Shown one piece after another: positions 38,960 through 49,457 of a stretch of 64,000 bases of DNA. The notes beneath the pieces are model-generated. The model saw only the letters and a list, made by a program, of their open reading frames with translations, was not told the origin of the DNA and did not search any database. Within the stretch, counting starts at the first letter, position 1. Every line of letters starts with the position of its first letter. A program made the translations under genes and the position numbers. Source of the stretch: an uncultured Anaerolineae bacterium (GTDB lineage: Bacteria > Chloroflexota > Anaerolineae > Aggregatilineales > UBA3940); the NCBI GenBank assembly GCA_964439625.1, contig CAYTPI010000020.1, positions 7,728 through 71,727 on the forward strand. The letters run 5' to 3'.

Positions 38960-40555
38960 ATGCTCAGCATGATTGCAGAAGTTAAGCAACACATCTCGGA
39001 ATTGAGCCGCACAGATTGGCTTCTTACGGCTGGTATCGTGTTTTGTGCAATCCTTGCCCGTATTGTACCGGGTTTGCGCATCATTGATGACGCCTATATT
39101 ACCTACCGATACGCTTATAACATCGCTTCTGGCCTTGGTTTTGTTTACAATGTTGGCGAAGCTGTCCTCGGTACGACTACCCCGCTGTATACGCTGCTAA
39201 TGGCAGCTACGGGGATCATAACTGGCAACAGTCAAGCGATATATCCGCAGGCGTCCGTCATCTGGAACGCCCTGTTTGATGCAGCTGGCTGTGTGCTGCT
39301 TTATTTGATCGCAAGACGGTTATTCTCCGGCATACTTGTTCAACGAATCCCCGGTTTAATGGTCGCCTTGATCTGGGCAATTGCCCCACGAAGCGTCACC
39401 TTTGCCATCGGTGGTATGGAAACCAGTCTCTACATCAGCTTGATGCTAGGGGCTTTTTGCACCTGGCTTTATCAGTCAACAAGGATATCAGCAGGATTGA
39501 CAGCTTTGGCTTTTTTGACGCGGCCCGATGCGTTAATCTGGGCCGGACCGCTTGGCATCGCGATGATTATCGCTCATTGGTTAGAAACAACAGATAAGCC
39601 GTTGCAGAAGCGCATCCCGTGGATCGAGGGGGGTGTTTTTGCGGGAATCATATTACCGTGGGTGCTCTTCAGTTGGGTAAATTATGGTAGCCTGTTGACA
39701 AATTCCGTTTCGGCGAAAGCGGTTGCTTACATCATTGAGCCATTACAAGCACTGACAACCTTGCTCGGTGTCTACATCACGATTTTTGCAGAAAATGTCG
39801 TCTTCGGAGAAGGTCTCCCACTGGTTATTGCCAGTATTGTTTACTTGTTCCTGTATATTATCGGGTCTGTGTTCTTCATCAGGCAAACGTGGCACAGTCT
39901 ACCAATCATCTTGTTTCCATGGCTCTACCTGATCACTTTTGCGGCGGCTAATCCATTGATCTTCCGCTGGTATGGGTCGCCGCCTATTCCGATTCTGATG
40001 CTGCTCGCGGTTGGTGGTGTTTGGACTGTGATGCGCGACAGGGCAGGAATCAAAACAGCCCAGCGAACAACAGCTGTCATTGGTACTATTTGGCTCAGTT
40101 TTTCTTTGACGGCATGGGAACTTAACCCTGACCATGGGCCAAACCGTCCAGCGCCTGAAATGGCGTGGTTTGAATTAGAATTGCTGTACGCGGATGCAGC
40201 CCAGAGCCTGCCACAAACTGATGGAGCGGTCGTTGCGGCTGGGGATATTGGGGCTGTGGGATGGTACAGCAACGCCCCGCTACTCGATACGCTTGGACTT
40301 GTATCCCCGCAATCTATTGAGTTTTACCCGCTAGAGGCCGAACAAGTCGTTGATACAACCGCATATGCGATTGCGCCCGAGTTGATAGAACAAGAAACGC
40401 CTGATTACATCATCACACTAGAAGCTTATGTGCGTAACACTCTGTTGCAATCAGATAGCTTCGAAGAGCAATACACCTTGATCCGCACACTTCCGACGGG
40501 CATTTACGGCAGCGAGGGCATGTTGGTGTTCGAACGCAGCAACAGGGGCGGTTAA
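38960..40555 (+). CDS. GT-C-like membrane glycosyltransferase (DDAxI family; paralogue of 31085-32641)
   Basis: IIDDAYITYRYAYNIASG, GTTTPLYTLL, GGMET, TRPDA and GDIGAVG..LLDTLGLVSP. Confidence 0.75.
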   Translation: MLSMIAEVKQHISELSRTDWLLTAGIVFCAILARIVPGLRIIDDAYITYRYAYNIASGLGFVYNVGEAVLGTTTPLYTLLMAATGIITGNSQAIYPQASVIWNALFDAAGCVLLYLIARRLFSGILVQRIPGLMVALIWAIAPRSVTFAIGGMETSLYISLMLGAFCTWLYQSTRISAGLTALAFLTRPDALIWAGPLGIAMIIAHWLETTDKPLQKRIPWIEGGVFAGIILPWVLFSWVNYGSLLTNSVSAKAVAYIIEPLQALTTLLGVYITIFAENVVFGEGLPLVIASIVYLFLYIIGSVFFIRQTWHSLPIILFPWLYLITFAAANPLIFRWYGSPPIPILMLLAVGGVWTVMRDRAGIKTAQRTTAVIGTIWLSFSLTAWELNPDHGPNRPAPEMAWFELELLYADAAQSLPQTDGAVVAAGDIGAVGWYSNAPLLDTLGLVSPQSIEFYPLEAEQVVDTTAYAIAPELIEQETPDYIITLEAYVRNTLLQSDSFEEQYTLIRTLPTGIYGSEGMLVFERSNRGG

Positions 40556-41523
40556 CCCTCTGGCTTAGTAGCGTAAGCAGTGATCAAGTCACCAAAGTTC
40601 AATGGAATGTTGATTTTACTGAGTCCTGTGGCTCTGGTAATGGCATCAAGCAGTTTGTAAAGAGGCTGGTTGTATGATTGCAAACGAGACACCAGATACT
40701 GCAACTGCAAGTAGCGGCCTTCAGCCTTGACTTCATGGACTTCGAACCCGGCAGCTTCGATAGTCTCTTTCAATGTCTTTCTGGTGAAGTACACAATATG
40801 CATTTCCATGAGCCAAGGCCAACGGCTGCCCATTAATTTAGCGAAACGACTATGGGTATCCATCGTATGAACGGCAATCCAGGCACCCGGCTTGAGTAGT
40901 TGATAGGCTTCGCGAAGCACCTCAACTGGATCAGGGACGTGCTCGATGACATCCCACATGGTGATGGCGTCAAAGCTGGCTGCTTCAAACGGATGCTGTT
41001 GGATAAGCCCTTGCATGACCTGCCGATCAAGCTGTTGCGCCTGTAGGACCGCCCAATGTGAGGGCTCGAGGCCGTAAGCGTCCCACCCAGCCTGCGCCGC
41101 AACTTCAACGAAAACGCCCGTATAGGCACCGATATCAAGTATCCGCCTACCGGTGCCAACCCCACTGTGTTCCTCGAGCCACTGAAGCCGACGTTTAAAC
41201 GTGGCGAAACGAGCAGCTTCAGCGTCAAGGTAAGTTTGATCTTCAACATTGGTGTAATTAGCTGCAATCGACTCTGGTGTAGGCCGTGGGTTTGTAAACA
41301 GCAGGCCGCAGTTGGTGCATTCGACAATCGGCGGATGCACACCATAGGCCGGATGAGTGCATAAATAGGCTGTATAGGCTTTGGCATCGTAATCTATTGG
41401 ACGTGTGTTACGTGTGTTAGGGAAGCGCTCAATAAATTCAGACTGCCCACACAGCATACAGTATTGTATTTCTTGCAGGTCGCTGTCTATTGTATGCTCG
41501 GCAGGGAGGAGTTGTTGGTTCAT
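40552..41523 (-). CDS. Class I SAM-dependent methyltransferase with N-terminal Zn-ribbon
   Basis: CMLC...CTNC, ILDIGAYTG motif I, YGLEPS and FDAITMWDVIEHV. Confidence 0.9.
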   Translation of the reverse strand: MNQQLLPAEHTIDSDLQEIQYCMLCGQSEFIERFPNTRNTRPIDYDAKAYTAYLCTHPAYGVHPPIVECTNCGLLFTNPRPTPESIAANYTNVEDQTYLDAEAARFATFKRRLQWLEEHSGVGTGRRILDIGAYTGVFVEVAAQAGWDAYGLEPSHWAVLQAQQLDRQVMQGLIQQHPFEAASFDAITMWDVIEHVPDPVEVLREAYQLLKPGAWIAVHTMDTHSRFAKLMGSRWPWLMEMHIVYFTRKTLKETIEAAGFEVHEVKAEGRYLQLQYLVSRLQSYNQPLYKLLDAITRATGLSKINIPLNFGDLITAYATKPEG

Positions 41524-42272
41524 GCGGGTTGGTCTTCTGGCTGTACATGGCTGCGGTCAAAGAGACGGCGCATAGCTAACCTTAAAACGGTGTACACTGC
41601 TTTATAGATTTCCTCACGCGATATTTTTGATTTTCCGCGAGTGCGATCCAGAAAAATGATAGGCACTTCCCCAACGGTGAACCCTGCTCGCTGAACAAGG
41701 AAGAGCATCTCTACCAGAAATGAATAACCGTTACTGAGAATTGAGTCAAGCGGTAGGCTTTCCAACACATGCCGCTGATAACAACGAAAGCCTGCCGTCA
41801 CGTCGTGTGCCTTTAGGTTGAGCAAAGTTTTAGCAAACCCATTCGCCCCACCACTGAGAATTTTACGACGCAGTGGAAAATCGGGCGCATCACCCCCCTC
41901 AACATAACGAGACCCGATCACCAAATCATACCCGGCTTTGCTTTTTTCGATCATTGCGGGAATGTATTCTGGGTCGTGAGAAAAATCTGCGTCCATTGTC
42001 ATGATGCGTTCTGCGTCTTGACGCAGTGCGAAGTCAAACCCAGTGCGGTAAGCTGTACCAAGACCAAGTTTCCCGGCGCGGTGCACAACAAACACACGCT
42101 CTGGGAAAGTTGCTGCAAGCCTATCAGCGGATTCACCTGTGCCATCGGGCGAGTTATCATCAATGACTACTACCCGAAGGTCAACTGGTAAATCCATTAA
42201 CCGATTGACCATTAGTTCAATATTTTCACGTTCGTTGTACGTCGGTAATACGACGAAGGTACCGCTCGGCAC
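41520..42272 (-). CDS. Polyprenol-monophosphomannose synthase-like GT2 (Ppm1/DPM1 type)
   Basis: VVLPTYNERENI, IDDNSPDGTG, KLGLGTAY, TMDADFSH.P, DLVIGSRYV.GG, DVTAGFR, GYSF.VE and GEVPI.F.DR..GKSK. Confidence 0.92.
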   Translation of the reverse strand: MPSGTFVVLPTYNERENIELMVNRLMDLPVDLRVVVIDDNSPDGTGESADRLAATFPERVFVVHRAGKLGLGTAYRTGFDFALRQDAERIMTMDADFSHDPEYIPAMIEKSKAGYDLVIGSRYVEGGDAPDFPLRRKILSGGANGFAKTLLNLKAHDVTAGFRCYQRHVLESLPLDSILSNGYSFLVEMLFLVQRAGFTVGEVPIIFLDRTRGKSKISREEIYKAVYTVLRLAMRRLFDRSHVQPEDQPA

Positions 42273-42294
42273 GCTATAGATTGCCTTCGATTAT

Positions 42295-44730
42295 TTACTT
42301 AAACTCTATGAATGGGTCAATATCTTGCGCAAAGTCTTGAAGGACATTAGCGTCATCCTGACGCCCCTGTTCATAGTAGATTTCAAGCGCTTTGACCCAA
42401 GGCAGCACATCATAGCCTGTGAAAATTGGCACGTCAAGGAAAGACAGGTACTGCAACGTTATTGAGCGGTTATAGACCGCAATACCCCACCCGGTTAATT
42501 GGAAAACCAATGGTCCAGCACTTAGATAGTGGTCGAGGGCCGCATCGGTTTCACCAGACTGCGCGTCAATTTGCCCCAGTAGATAATGTCCACGATTGCT
42601 ATTGAGAAACAACATGGTCTGGGCACTCTTTGTTGCTAGCGAGGCATCGTCAAGCACTAGAGCAAGTTCTCCCTGCAATTCGTAATACTGTGGCAGTGTT
42701 GGAGACCTGCGAATAAGAGCCTCGACTGCGGCAAGGTCATCTTCCGACACACCTTCTGTTAACGCAGCATGGTGTAGTGCACAGTATACATCTCCTGATT
42801 GGGCATCAAATTCTTCGGTCAGACACGATGATACCATTGCTGGTGCAGCTATAAGCCGCTCAGCGGCTGCAGGATAACGGTCGAAAAATTCTGCTCGTGC
42901 CAGCGCCTTGACGCGAGACGTCCTCCAGTATCTGGAAACAGCCAGACCTGGGTTCTCCTCTAGGGCAGTCAGGTATTGTTCAATAGCGGCATCTTCATGG
43001 CCCGTCTGCTCTAGAATATCTGCTTTAACAAACAGATAGCGACTATTGCGCGGGTTACGGTCAATGGCAGTTTCGACTGAAGCCAATGCTTTTTCAAACT
43101 GACCATCTGACGCAAGCAGTGCGGCGTAGTTTGCCAAAACAATATCATGATCTACGTCGTTTGCAATGACATAAGCGTAAGCAGCTAGTATACCATCAAC
43201 ATCATTTGACTGCCCTTCATCATAGGCAAGGGCCATAAGCTGGGCCCGCTGCACTTGATAAATAAGCAAATTTGGGTCAGTTTCAATAGCCTTATCAATC
43301 GCAGATAGTTGCTCGTCAAGAGTACGCTGTGGATCGAGCGAGCGTGCATAAAATATCTGCGCTCGATCACTGATTGACCAACCAACAGCCCCTATCACAA
43401 CAAACATCAATAGGATAGCTGGCACCCAGCGCATCCATGCGCTTGGCTGGCGCTCAAATGGAGCGAGAAGATACGCCATCAGAATAAAGAGCGGTATGAC
43501 CATTGGTGTAGCCGTAAAATTATCAAATTGATTTTGAATGGCAAACCCAACGAGCCCTGCTAACACTCCGGCAACACGTAATTTCTCTGGCCCTTCTGCC
43601 CTACGCCAGCGACGCACACTAGCAAAAGCAACAGTCAGCACTAACGACAAAAACGCCAGTAACCCAACCGCTCCCAGCTCTGACCAACGATACAGCAAGA
43701 TGTTATGCGGTGTTGTTAGATGATCACGAGTGATCAGGTCATCACGCAGCGGTCGGAGTGCATCACCGAAGCCATACGGACCTACCCCCAATATTGGATT
43801 TGAAAGACCAATCAACCAACCAGCTCGCCACAGGTCAAAGCGGACGGAGTCACCACTCGCCGCGCCAACCCGATCAAACAATTGAATGAAGACAAAGACA
43901 AGCAGTCCGACAATTAGAATGCCGCCAAGCAGCACCCGCCAATCGCTAAAAAAAGATACCACTCGCTTAATTGAGGCTTCGTCTTTGAGCGCAACCAATA
44001 ATCCGAGAACAGTAGCAGAGGCGATCAATGAGAGAAATCCACCCCGCGAGTAGGTAAAGTAAAGGACAAACACAGCCGCGACAAGCCACAGAACAACAAC
44101 CTGACGCGTTGTCTTTCGTCTGCTAGCAGCCCCCCATGCAGCGGCGACTGGTATAAGCATCGCAAGGTAAGCAGCCAGCCAGGTTGCTACGTTTAGCGGC
44201 ACAGTTAAACGGTGAATAGCAACTGGTATAGGGCGACTTATGCTATAAATCGGCAGCCACCCCTGTTCGAAAATAGGAAGGAGCGGCACGCCCGTATACC
44301 ATGAAACCCACTCAATCAAACCAATCAGACAAACCACGCTGGCACAGAAGAACAGGGTTTCCAGCAGCAAACGTGAACCATAACGCCGCAGCAAAAACAA
44401 AATCAGGTAGAAGAGGATGATGTGAATACCGATGGTCCAGAGGTGTTCAACGCTAACGCGCGGATCAGTTGCAAATATTGTTGCTAGCACAGCGGCGGCA
44501 AAAAACAGCGCATAGGGCAGATCAACGGGGGCAGACGGCAGTGGCTTCTGCTGTAGAAGCAACCAAATGAGCCAGCCCCCCAAACTAACTGTCATAGCAA
44601 TATGGTGAAAAATGCGTGGGCCGAGACGCTGCTCGGTGATGAACGTGCCACCAATAAAAGTAAAATACAGTAAGCCGATTAAGATTAACGTTTGATGCAA
44701 CCTAAAGCGACGATGCCGGGAAACAGTCAT
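42295..44730 (-). CDS. O-antigen ligase/O-oligosaccharyltransferase-like (Wzy_C) protein with C-terminal TPR repeats
   Basis: TYSRGG, VRFDLW..G...P.LGVGPYGF and PHNILL motifs; C-terminal helical TPR-like repeats (AIETDPN, AIDRNPRN, ALEENPG). Confidence 0.85.
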   Translation of the reverse strand: MTVSRHRRFRLHQTLILIGLLYFTFIGGTFITEQRLGPRIFHHIAMTVSLGGWLIWLLLQQKPLPSAPVDLPYALFFAAAVLATIFATDPRVSVEHLWTIGIHIILFYLILFLLRRYGSRLLLETLFFCASVVCLIGLIEWVSWYTGVPLLPIFEQGWLPIYSISRPIPVAIHRLTVPLNVATWLAAYLAMLIPVAAAWGAASRRKTTRQVVVLWLVAAVFVLYFTYSRGGFLSLIASATVLGLLVALKDEASIKRVVSFFSDWRVLLGGILIVGLLVFVFIQLFDRVGAASGDSVRFDLWRAGWLIGLSNPILGVGPYGFGDALRPLRDDLITRDHLTTPHNILLYRWSELGAVGLLAFLSLVLTVAFASVRRWRRAEGPEKLRVAGVLAGLVGFAIQNQFDNFTATPMVIPLFILMAYLLAPFERQPSAWMRWVPAILLMFVVIGAVGWSISDRAQIFYARSLDPQRTLDEQLSAIDKAIETDPNLLIYQVQRAQLMALAYDEGQSNDVDGILAAYAYVIANDVDHDIVLANYAALLASDGQFEKALASVETAIDRNPRNSRYLFVKADILEQTGHEDAAIEQYLTALEENPGLAVSRYWRTSRVKALARAEFFDRYPAAAERLIAAPAMVSSCLTEEFDAQSGDVYCALHHAALTEGVSEDDLAAVEALIRRSPTLPQYYELQGELALVLDDASLATKSAQTMLFLNSNRGHYLLGQIDAQSGETDAALDHYLSAGPLVFQLTGWGIAVYNRSITLQYLSFLDVPIFTGYDVLPWVKALEIYYEQGRQDDANVLQDFAQDIDPFIEFK

Positions 44731-46173
44731 TTAGCGACCTTGCAGTCGGAGTACTTTACCCACTGTGCGCAGCACAATTAGACCATCAAGGAACAGTGAG
44801 CGGTGGCGAATATAGTAGAGATCGTACTTTAGCTTGTTGAGTGAGTCTTCGGTGGTACTGCCATAACCGTAATTGACTTGAGCCCAACCCGTGACACCCG
44901 GCTTAATAGCAAGCCGGGTACGGTAGAAGGGAATCGACTTTTGGAGCATGTCAACAAAATACTGACGCTCGGGCCGTGGGCCAACGAGGCTCATATCACC
45001 TCTGAGGATATTGTAGAATTGCGGTAGTTCATCGAGACGGCTGCGGCGCATAAATTGACCAAAGCGTGTAATGCGATCATCGTTTTTTGCAGCCCATATA
45101 GGGCCAGATTGTGCTTCGGCATTTGGAATCATCGTACGCAGCTTATAGAGCTTGAAGGGTTTCCCTGCCTGCCCAATCCGTTCCTGCACATAAAAGACGG
45201 GGCCTCGGCTGTCTAGCCGTTGGATGAGTGCAATCATAGGCAGCATCATTCCAAATAGAATGATCCCAATAAGCGACAAGAGAACATCGATAGTACGTTT
45301 GAGCAAACGATATGGATCAAATGGAGAGCGTCCCTCCAGCGGTAGCAAAATTTGCCACTGTCCCTGAGCATGTTCTATTGGAACCATGCCTGTTAAGCGT
45401 TCATACAACATAGGCATGGTAATTATTGGGAGGCCTTGTTCATATAGGTTCATAATGCTTTGAAACAGAGGCCCGTCAATTTTACCAGACGTTGCCAATA
45501 CAACTTCGTGAACGCCTAGTGCGGCAACAATGTCGGTTAAATAGGTGGCACTGCCAACTGCTTCTGTATGAACAACCACATCATCTCGTTGAACAGGCTG
45601 ACCTTCATCAATGATGCCAACGACTTCATAGTCCGCCTCTGCGAAATTCTTAATGGCTTCAATTATTGCCTGAGCTTCCCAGCCTACGCCAACCACGGCG
45701 ACGCGTCGCCGAAGGGGCGCGTAGCCAATTGCAAAGGGGCGCGCAAAACGCCAAACAGCAATTGATAAATACGAGAAAGCAGCATAGTAGAGAATGAATA
45801 AGCGCGGCAGCGCATCCCGCGGGGAAAAGAAGAAGATCAACAGGTAGATAACCAGAAGCTGAATTGTAATCTGTATCAGCCGGCTTTGGGTCTTCTTCCA
45901 ATCAGCCGTCAAGCGTAAATCGTAGAAGTCGTTCGTTGTAGCAAGTGTTAGCCAGAGAATACTGAGAATGATAAACCAAAATGACTGTGGTAGGATGAAT
46001 GCAAGATCGAGTTGGCGAGCGGCTACGAATGACCAAAGGTAGAGGCCCAAGAGTACAGACAGGTTAACAGCAACAAGATCACCAAAAGCCATCAGTAGTT
46101 TGCGCTCAGACACAGGTAGGCTGAGGGTACGCTTGTTGGTGATCTTATAACTGCGCTCAGTCTGTTCTTGCAC
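44731..46173 (-). CDS. Polyprenyl glycosylphosphotransferase (WbaP/WcaJ-type priming sugar transferase)
   Basis: N-terminal TMs, Rossmann-like VAVVGVG, LKRTID, FKLYKLRTM, RLDELPQ, SLVGPRPER, PGVTGWAQVN and KYDLYY. GTG at 46173 follows AAGGA (ORF track starts at 46188). Confidence 0.93.
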   Translation of the reverse strand: MQEQTERSYKITNKRTLSLPVSERKLLMAFGDLVAVNLSVLLGLYLWSFVAARQLDLAFILPQSFWFIILSILWLTLATTNDFYDLRLTADWKKTQSRLIQITIQLLVIYLLIFFFSPRDALPRLFILYYAAFSYLSIAVWRFARPFAIGYAPLRRRVAVVGVGWEAQAIIEAIKNFAEADYEVVGIIDEGQPVQRDDVVVHTEAVGSATYLTDIVAALGVHEVVLATSGKIDGPLFQSIMNLYEQGLPIITMPMLYERLTGMVPIEHAQGQWQILLPLEGRSPFDPYRLLKRTIDVLLSLIGIILFGMMLPMIALIQRLDSRGPVFYVQERIGQAGKPFKLYKLRTMIPNAEAQSGPIWAAKNDDRITRFGQFMRRSRLDELPQFYNILRGDMSLVGPRPERQYFVDMLQKSIPFYRTRLAIKPGVTGWAQVNYGYGSTTEDSLNKLKYDLYYIRHRSLFLDGLIVLRTVGKVLRLQGR

Positions 46174-46243
46174 GTAATATCCTTGCACTGTTAACTCAAT
46201 CAGTATTATGCGCTACCATACTTAGCACGCAAATCTAAGATAG

Positions 46244-47248
46244 CTATGTAACGGATCTGATATGCTTCCAACGCAGACCCCAACGCCAGATACCGACCCA
46301 AAAACCAGCACCCCAAGCGACGTGCAATAGCAGGAATATCCATGGGATAAGCGGCAAATAGCGCCAACCCCACTTTTTCGCCTGAATCAGTGCAAACAGA
46401 CAAGATAAAGCTGTATACAGAGCGAGTACGCTTAGATAGACACCCGACAGGAAGACGGAAATAATACTCAGCGCTAGGCCAATCACTAAACCCGCAACAA
46501 AAGCGGGCGCAAGCAGGTGACGTGGCTTGACTGAGGCAGGATGTAGCATAATTGTGCGTACCTTCCAAAAGCCATAACGATAGTACTGGCGCAACAAAGC
46601 TCGGAACGACTGCCGCGGGAAGTACTCTGATTGGATATCGGGCGAAAAATAAATCTGGAAGCCAGCTTTTTTGATCCGAACCATAAGCTCGTAGTCTTGG
46701 TTGACCAGCGCATCTTCGTCAAAGCCACCTATCTGTTCAAGCAATGCCTTTGTATAGAGACCATAGGGAACCGTGTCGGCCTTACCAGCGGTCTCACCAC
46801 GCCAGACAGCAGTCCCAACTGCAAAACGAGACTCCATAGCAGCCGCAATTGCACACTGCTTGAAGCTGGTGCAATTATACTGCAAGCGTCCGCCAACACA
46901 GGCTGAGCCAGTAGCTTCCATTACATGATAGCATTGACTGAGATAGTCACGGGCCGCTAAGGCATGACCATCCATGCGTGCAATCAGACCATGTTGGGCC
47001 GCTTGGATACCCACATTGAGCGCTGCTGGCGTAATCCGCTTAGGGTTATCTAGAAGTTTTACGCGGGGGTCTAACGCTGCGATTTTCTGAATGCGGTCTC
47101 TAGTTCCATCAGTACTCATACCATCACAGCAGAGAATTTCAATCTGACCAGGGTAATCTTGCTGCTGCATGGCACCGACAGAGTGGTCAATGAAGTCAAC
47201 TTCATTGTAAATCGGCATAATCACTGAGATTGGCGAATAGTCACTCAT
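46244..47248 (-). CDS. Glycosyltransferase family 2 (ExoA-like)
   Basis: SVIMPIYNE, DGMSTDGT, ARMDGH, FDEA..NQDYE and QYYRYGFW. ATG at 47248 (ORF track starts at 47260). Confidence 0.9.
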   Translation of the reverse strand: MSDYSPISVIMPIYNEVDFIDHSVGAMQQQDYPGQIEILCCDGMSTDGTRDRIQKIAALDPRVKLLDNPKRITPAALNVGIQAAQHGLIARMDGHALAARDYLSQCYHVMEATGSACVGGRLQYNCTSFKQCAIAAAMESRFAVGTAVWRGETAGKADTVPYGLYTKALLEQIGGFDEDALVNQDYELMVRIKKAGFQIYFSPDIQSEYFPRQSFRALLRQYYRYGFWKVRTIMLHPASVKPRHLLAPAFVAGLVIGLALSIISVFLSGVYLSVLALYTALSCLFALIQAKKWGWRYLPLIPWIFLLLHVAWGAGFWVGIWRWGLRWKHIRSVT

Positions 47249-49457
47249 TATTAGCTCCATTAGGTTTGCCCATGACTAATACAATTAGGAGCCCCAAGCT
47301 GAGCCCGCTTAGGGTCAAACCCGTCGTGAAATTGGTCGATTGATATCGGAAGGAAACGATACTTTCGCCAGCCGGAATATATACAGCACGAAAAGCTTGA
47401 TTAGCTCGGACAACCGCAGCTGGGTCGCCATTGACGGTCGCTGTCCAACCTGGATAATAGGTATCAATAAGCACGAGCCAAGTTTCTTCAGTTGCTGTGA
47501 CGCTTACGTCTATTTGCAGCGCTGTGTCAGTGACGATTTCTGTCGAGCCTGTTGGCACCCGTTGACAATCGTAGCCAAAAGTGGGGTGTGGTTGACAATC
47601 GGCTAGTTCGACCCGGAACCATGGATCTGGTAAGGCATAAGCGGTGGATAAACCGGCTTGACCCAAGTAATCAAGGTCGGAACGAGCCTCAGCAGTCAGC
47701 AACACCGAGACATTCATTTTTTCTAAGGTATCGATTGTATCGGCTTGGGCAGCTTGATTGATGAGATCCGTATGGTAGCCTACGGTCAAAGGATCATCGT
47801 TGTTAGCACTCAGCAAATCTGCTAGACGTGCGATGTTAGGCAGTAGTGACTCTCTCAACGCATCCCAATGAGCCTGATCATCGGCGCGATAATCTGCAAA
47901 TAGAAACAACTGTTCAAACTTTATGTACGCTTCATCTTCAGGTAGATAGACTATGCGTCCATCTTGGGTCGCTTGGTTGACGGCGGGCTCTACCAACACG
48001 TCATGCTCGTAAAAACTTGCCGAAATAGTTGGGTTTGCGAGCCAGTACACAGTGACGAGATCAATAGCAAGAATGGTTAACACGGAAGCTGACAAAATAT
48101 TCTTAGGAATATTTTTACGTTTTAGCCAACGAGAATACGGCAGCAATGCACCGATGATCACCAGCAAAACACCAAACCGTGTAAATGCCGTGATGAAAGT
48201 CAGTTCAACATCGAAAGCCACTAGTACACTTGCGGCAATGGTCGAGATGATAACGGCAAGTCCAACTGTGATAATACGACCTGACCAGTTCAACATGCGG
48301 CGGGTTGTATGCCATTGATGAAGGCCAGCCGACCCCAAGACAGTTAACGAAAAGACAGCAATCAGCATCCAACGAGTTGGGCCACGGAAGAGATCAAAAG
48401 TGGGTACGTTCTCAAACAACCAAGGAAATACAGGTGTAAAGCGACCAAGGGCGAGTAGGGTTACCGGAACAATGATAAAAGCAAAAAACGGAATATGACG
48501 CATCGCTATGACATCAGGATGACGCTTACGTAGCAAAAGATAAAACGCTGACATGATTGGCAGCAGCCCAATATACAGAGCATCTTCCCAATATGTAGCG
48601 TACCCCCAGTAGTTACCCTGCCCCGAGGTACCAAATGCGCCAGGCACAATAATCGTTAGGATTCGCCAAGGCCAAAATGAATACGCGAGGGCCTCTTCCA
48701 TGGCAGCCCCTGCCGACCGTGGCGATAGGGCAACCAATTCCGACGTAGGGAATAGTTGGACAGCGGATAATGCTACGCCAAGCATCACGCCCCCTCCTGC
48801 AACCAAGAGACGCAGCGGAGGTGACTTCAACCTGACCAACAACCAGAGCGCATACATACCAGCAAACACCAGCGTATAGAAGCTGGTCTGAGCGTGACCA
48901 GCAAGCAGTTGTAGGCCGACAAATAAGCCAAGTAGCGCAGCATAACGCCTGAGTTGGCGCACCTCCGCGAGCATGAGCCCATCAACTGCCCAGAAAACCC
49001 ACGGCAGCCAAGGGACGGCGCTGGTCATCGTCAAGAAGCCCAGACGCGCAATGAGATACCCGCCAAGGGAAAAGGATAACATCCCAACGCTTCGAGCTAG
49101 CTTATCTAATTGGAGACGGCCCAAATATAACCACATACCCAACCCGGCCCAAAAGACATGGGCAACTGCCACGAACCCATTAGCATATTCAGTTGGGAGC
49201 AGTAGATATAGCAGATTAGGCGGATAGAACACAGCGGTCTGTAAATTGGCCAACAAGGGTGCCCCATTACCTACATGCGGATTCCAAAAGGGAAGCAGCC
49301 CATGCCGAAGCTGCTCGTAGGCCACGTCACGCCAAGGATAAAATTGAATGCTGACGACACCCCAGTAGAGCACCTCACCGGCAAGTAAACGGTGAAACAG
49401 GATGACCACAGCAAGCACAAAGACAAGTTGCGGATACCACTTACGAATAAAAGTCAT
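47241..49457 (-). CDS. YfhO-family GT-C membrane protein (module copy B2)
   Basis: QFYPW, LPFWNP..G.G.PLLAN.Q..VFYP, LLAGHAQ, FRGP.RW and C-terminal DTYYPGW.A.VNG....RAN.AFRAV.IPAG...V.F.Y. Confidence 0.82.
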   Translation of the reverse strand: MTFIRKWYPQLVFVLAVVILFHRLLAGEVLYWGVVSIQFYPWRDVAYEQLRHGLLPFWNPHVGNGAPLLANLQTAVFYPPNLLYLLLPTEYANGFVAVAHVFWAGLGMWLYLGRLQLDKLARSVGMLSFSLGGYLIARLGFLTMTSAVPWLPWVFWAVDGLMLAEVRQLRRYAALLGLFVGLQLLAGHAQTSFYTLVFAGMYALWLLVRLKSPPLRLLVAGGGVMLGVALSAVQLFPTSELVALSPRSAGAAMEEALAYSFWPWRILTIIVPGAFGTSGQGNYWGYATYWEDALYIGLLPIMSAFYLLLRKRHPDVIAMRHIPFFAFIIVPVTLLALGRFTPVFPWLFENVPTFDLFRGPTRWMLIAVFSLTVLGSAGLHQWHTTRRMLNWSGRIITVGLAVIISTIAASVLVAFDVELTFITAFTRFGVLLVIIGALLPYSRWLKRKNIPKNILSASVLTILAIDLVTVYWLANPTISASFYEHDVLVEPAVNQATQDGRIVYLPEDEAYIKFEQLFLFADYRADDQAHWDALRESLLPNIARLADLLSANNDDPLTVGYHTDLINQAAQADTIDTLEKMNVSVLLTAEARSDLDYLGQAGLSTAYALPDPWFRVELADCQPHPTFGYDCQRVPTGSTEIVTDTALQIDVSVTATEETWLVLIDTYYPGWTATVNGDPAAVVRANQAFRAVYIPAGESIVSFRYQSTNFTTGLTLSGLSLGLLIVLVMGKPNGANNE

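Noticed and set aside
40833-41387. 184-aa alternative-frame ORF within the methyltransferase
   Set aside because: Fully nested in a motif-rich CDS; no independent evidence.
41401-41418. ACGTGTGTT tandem duplication
   Set aside because: Only two 9-bp units, in frame (NTRNTR); not an array or phase-variable tract.
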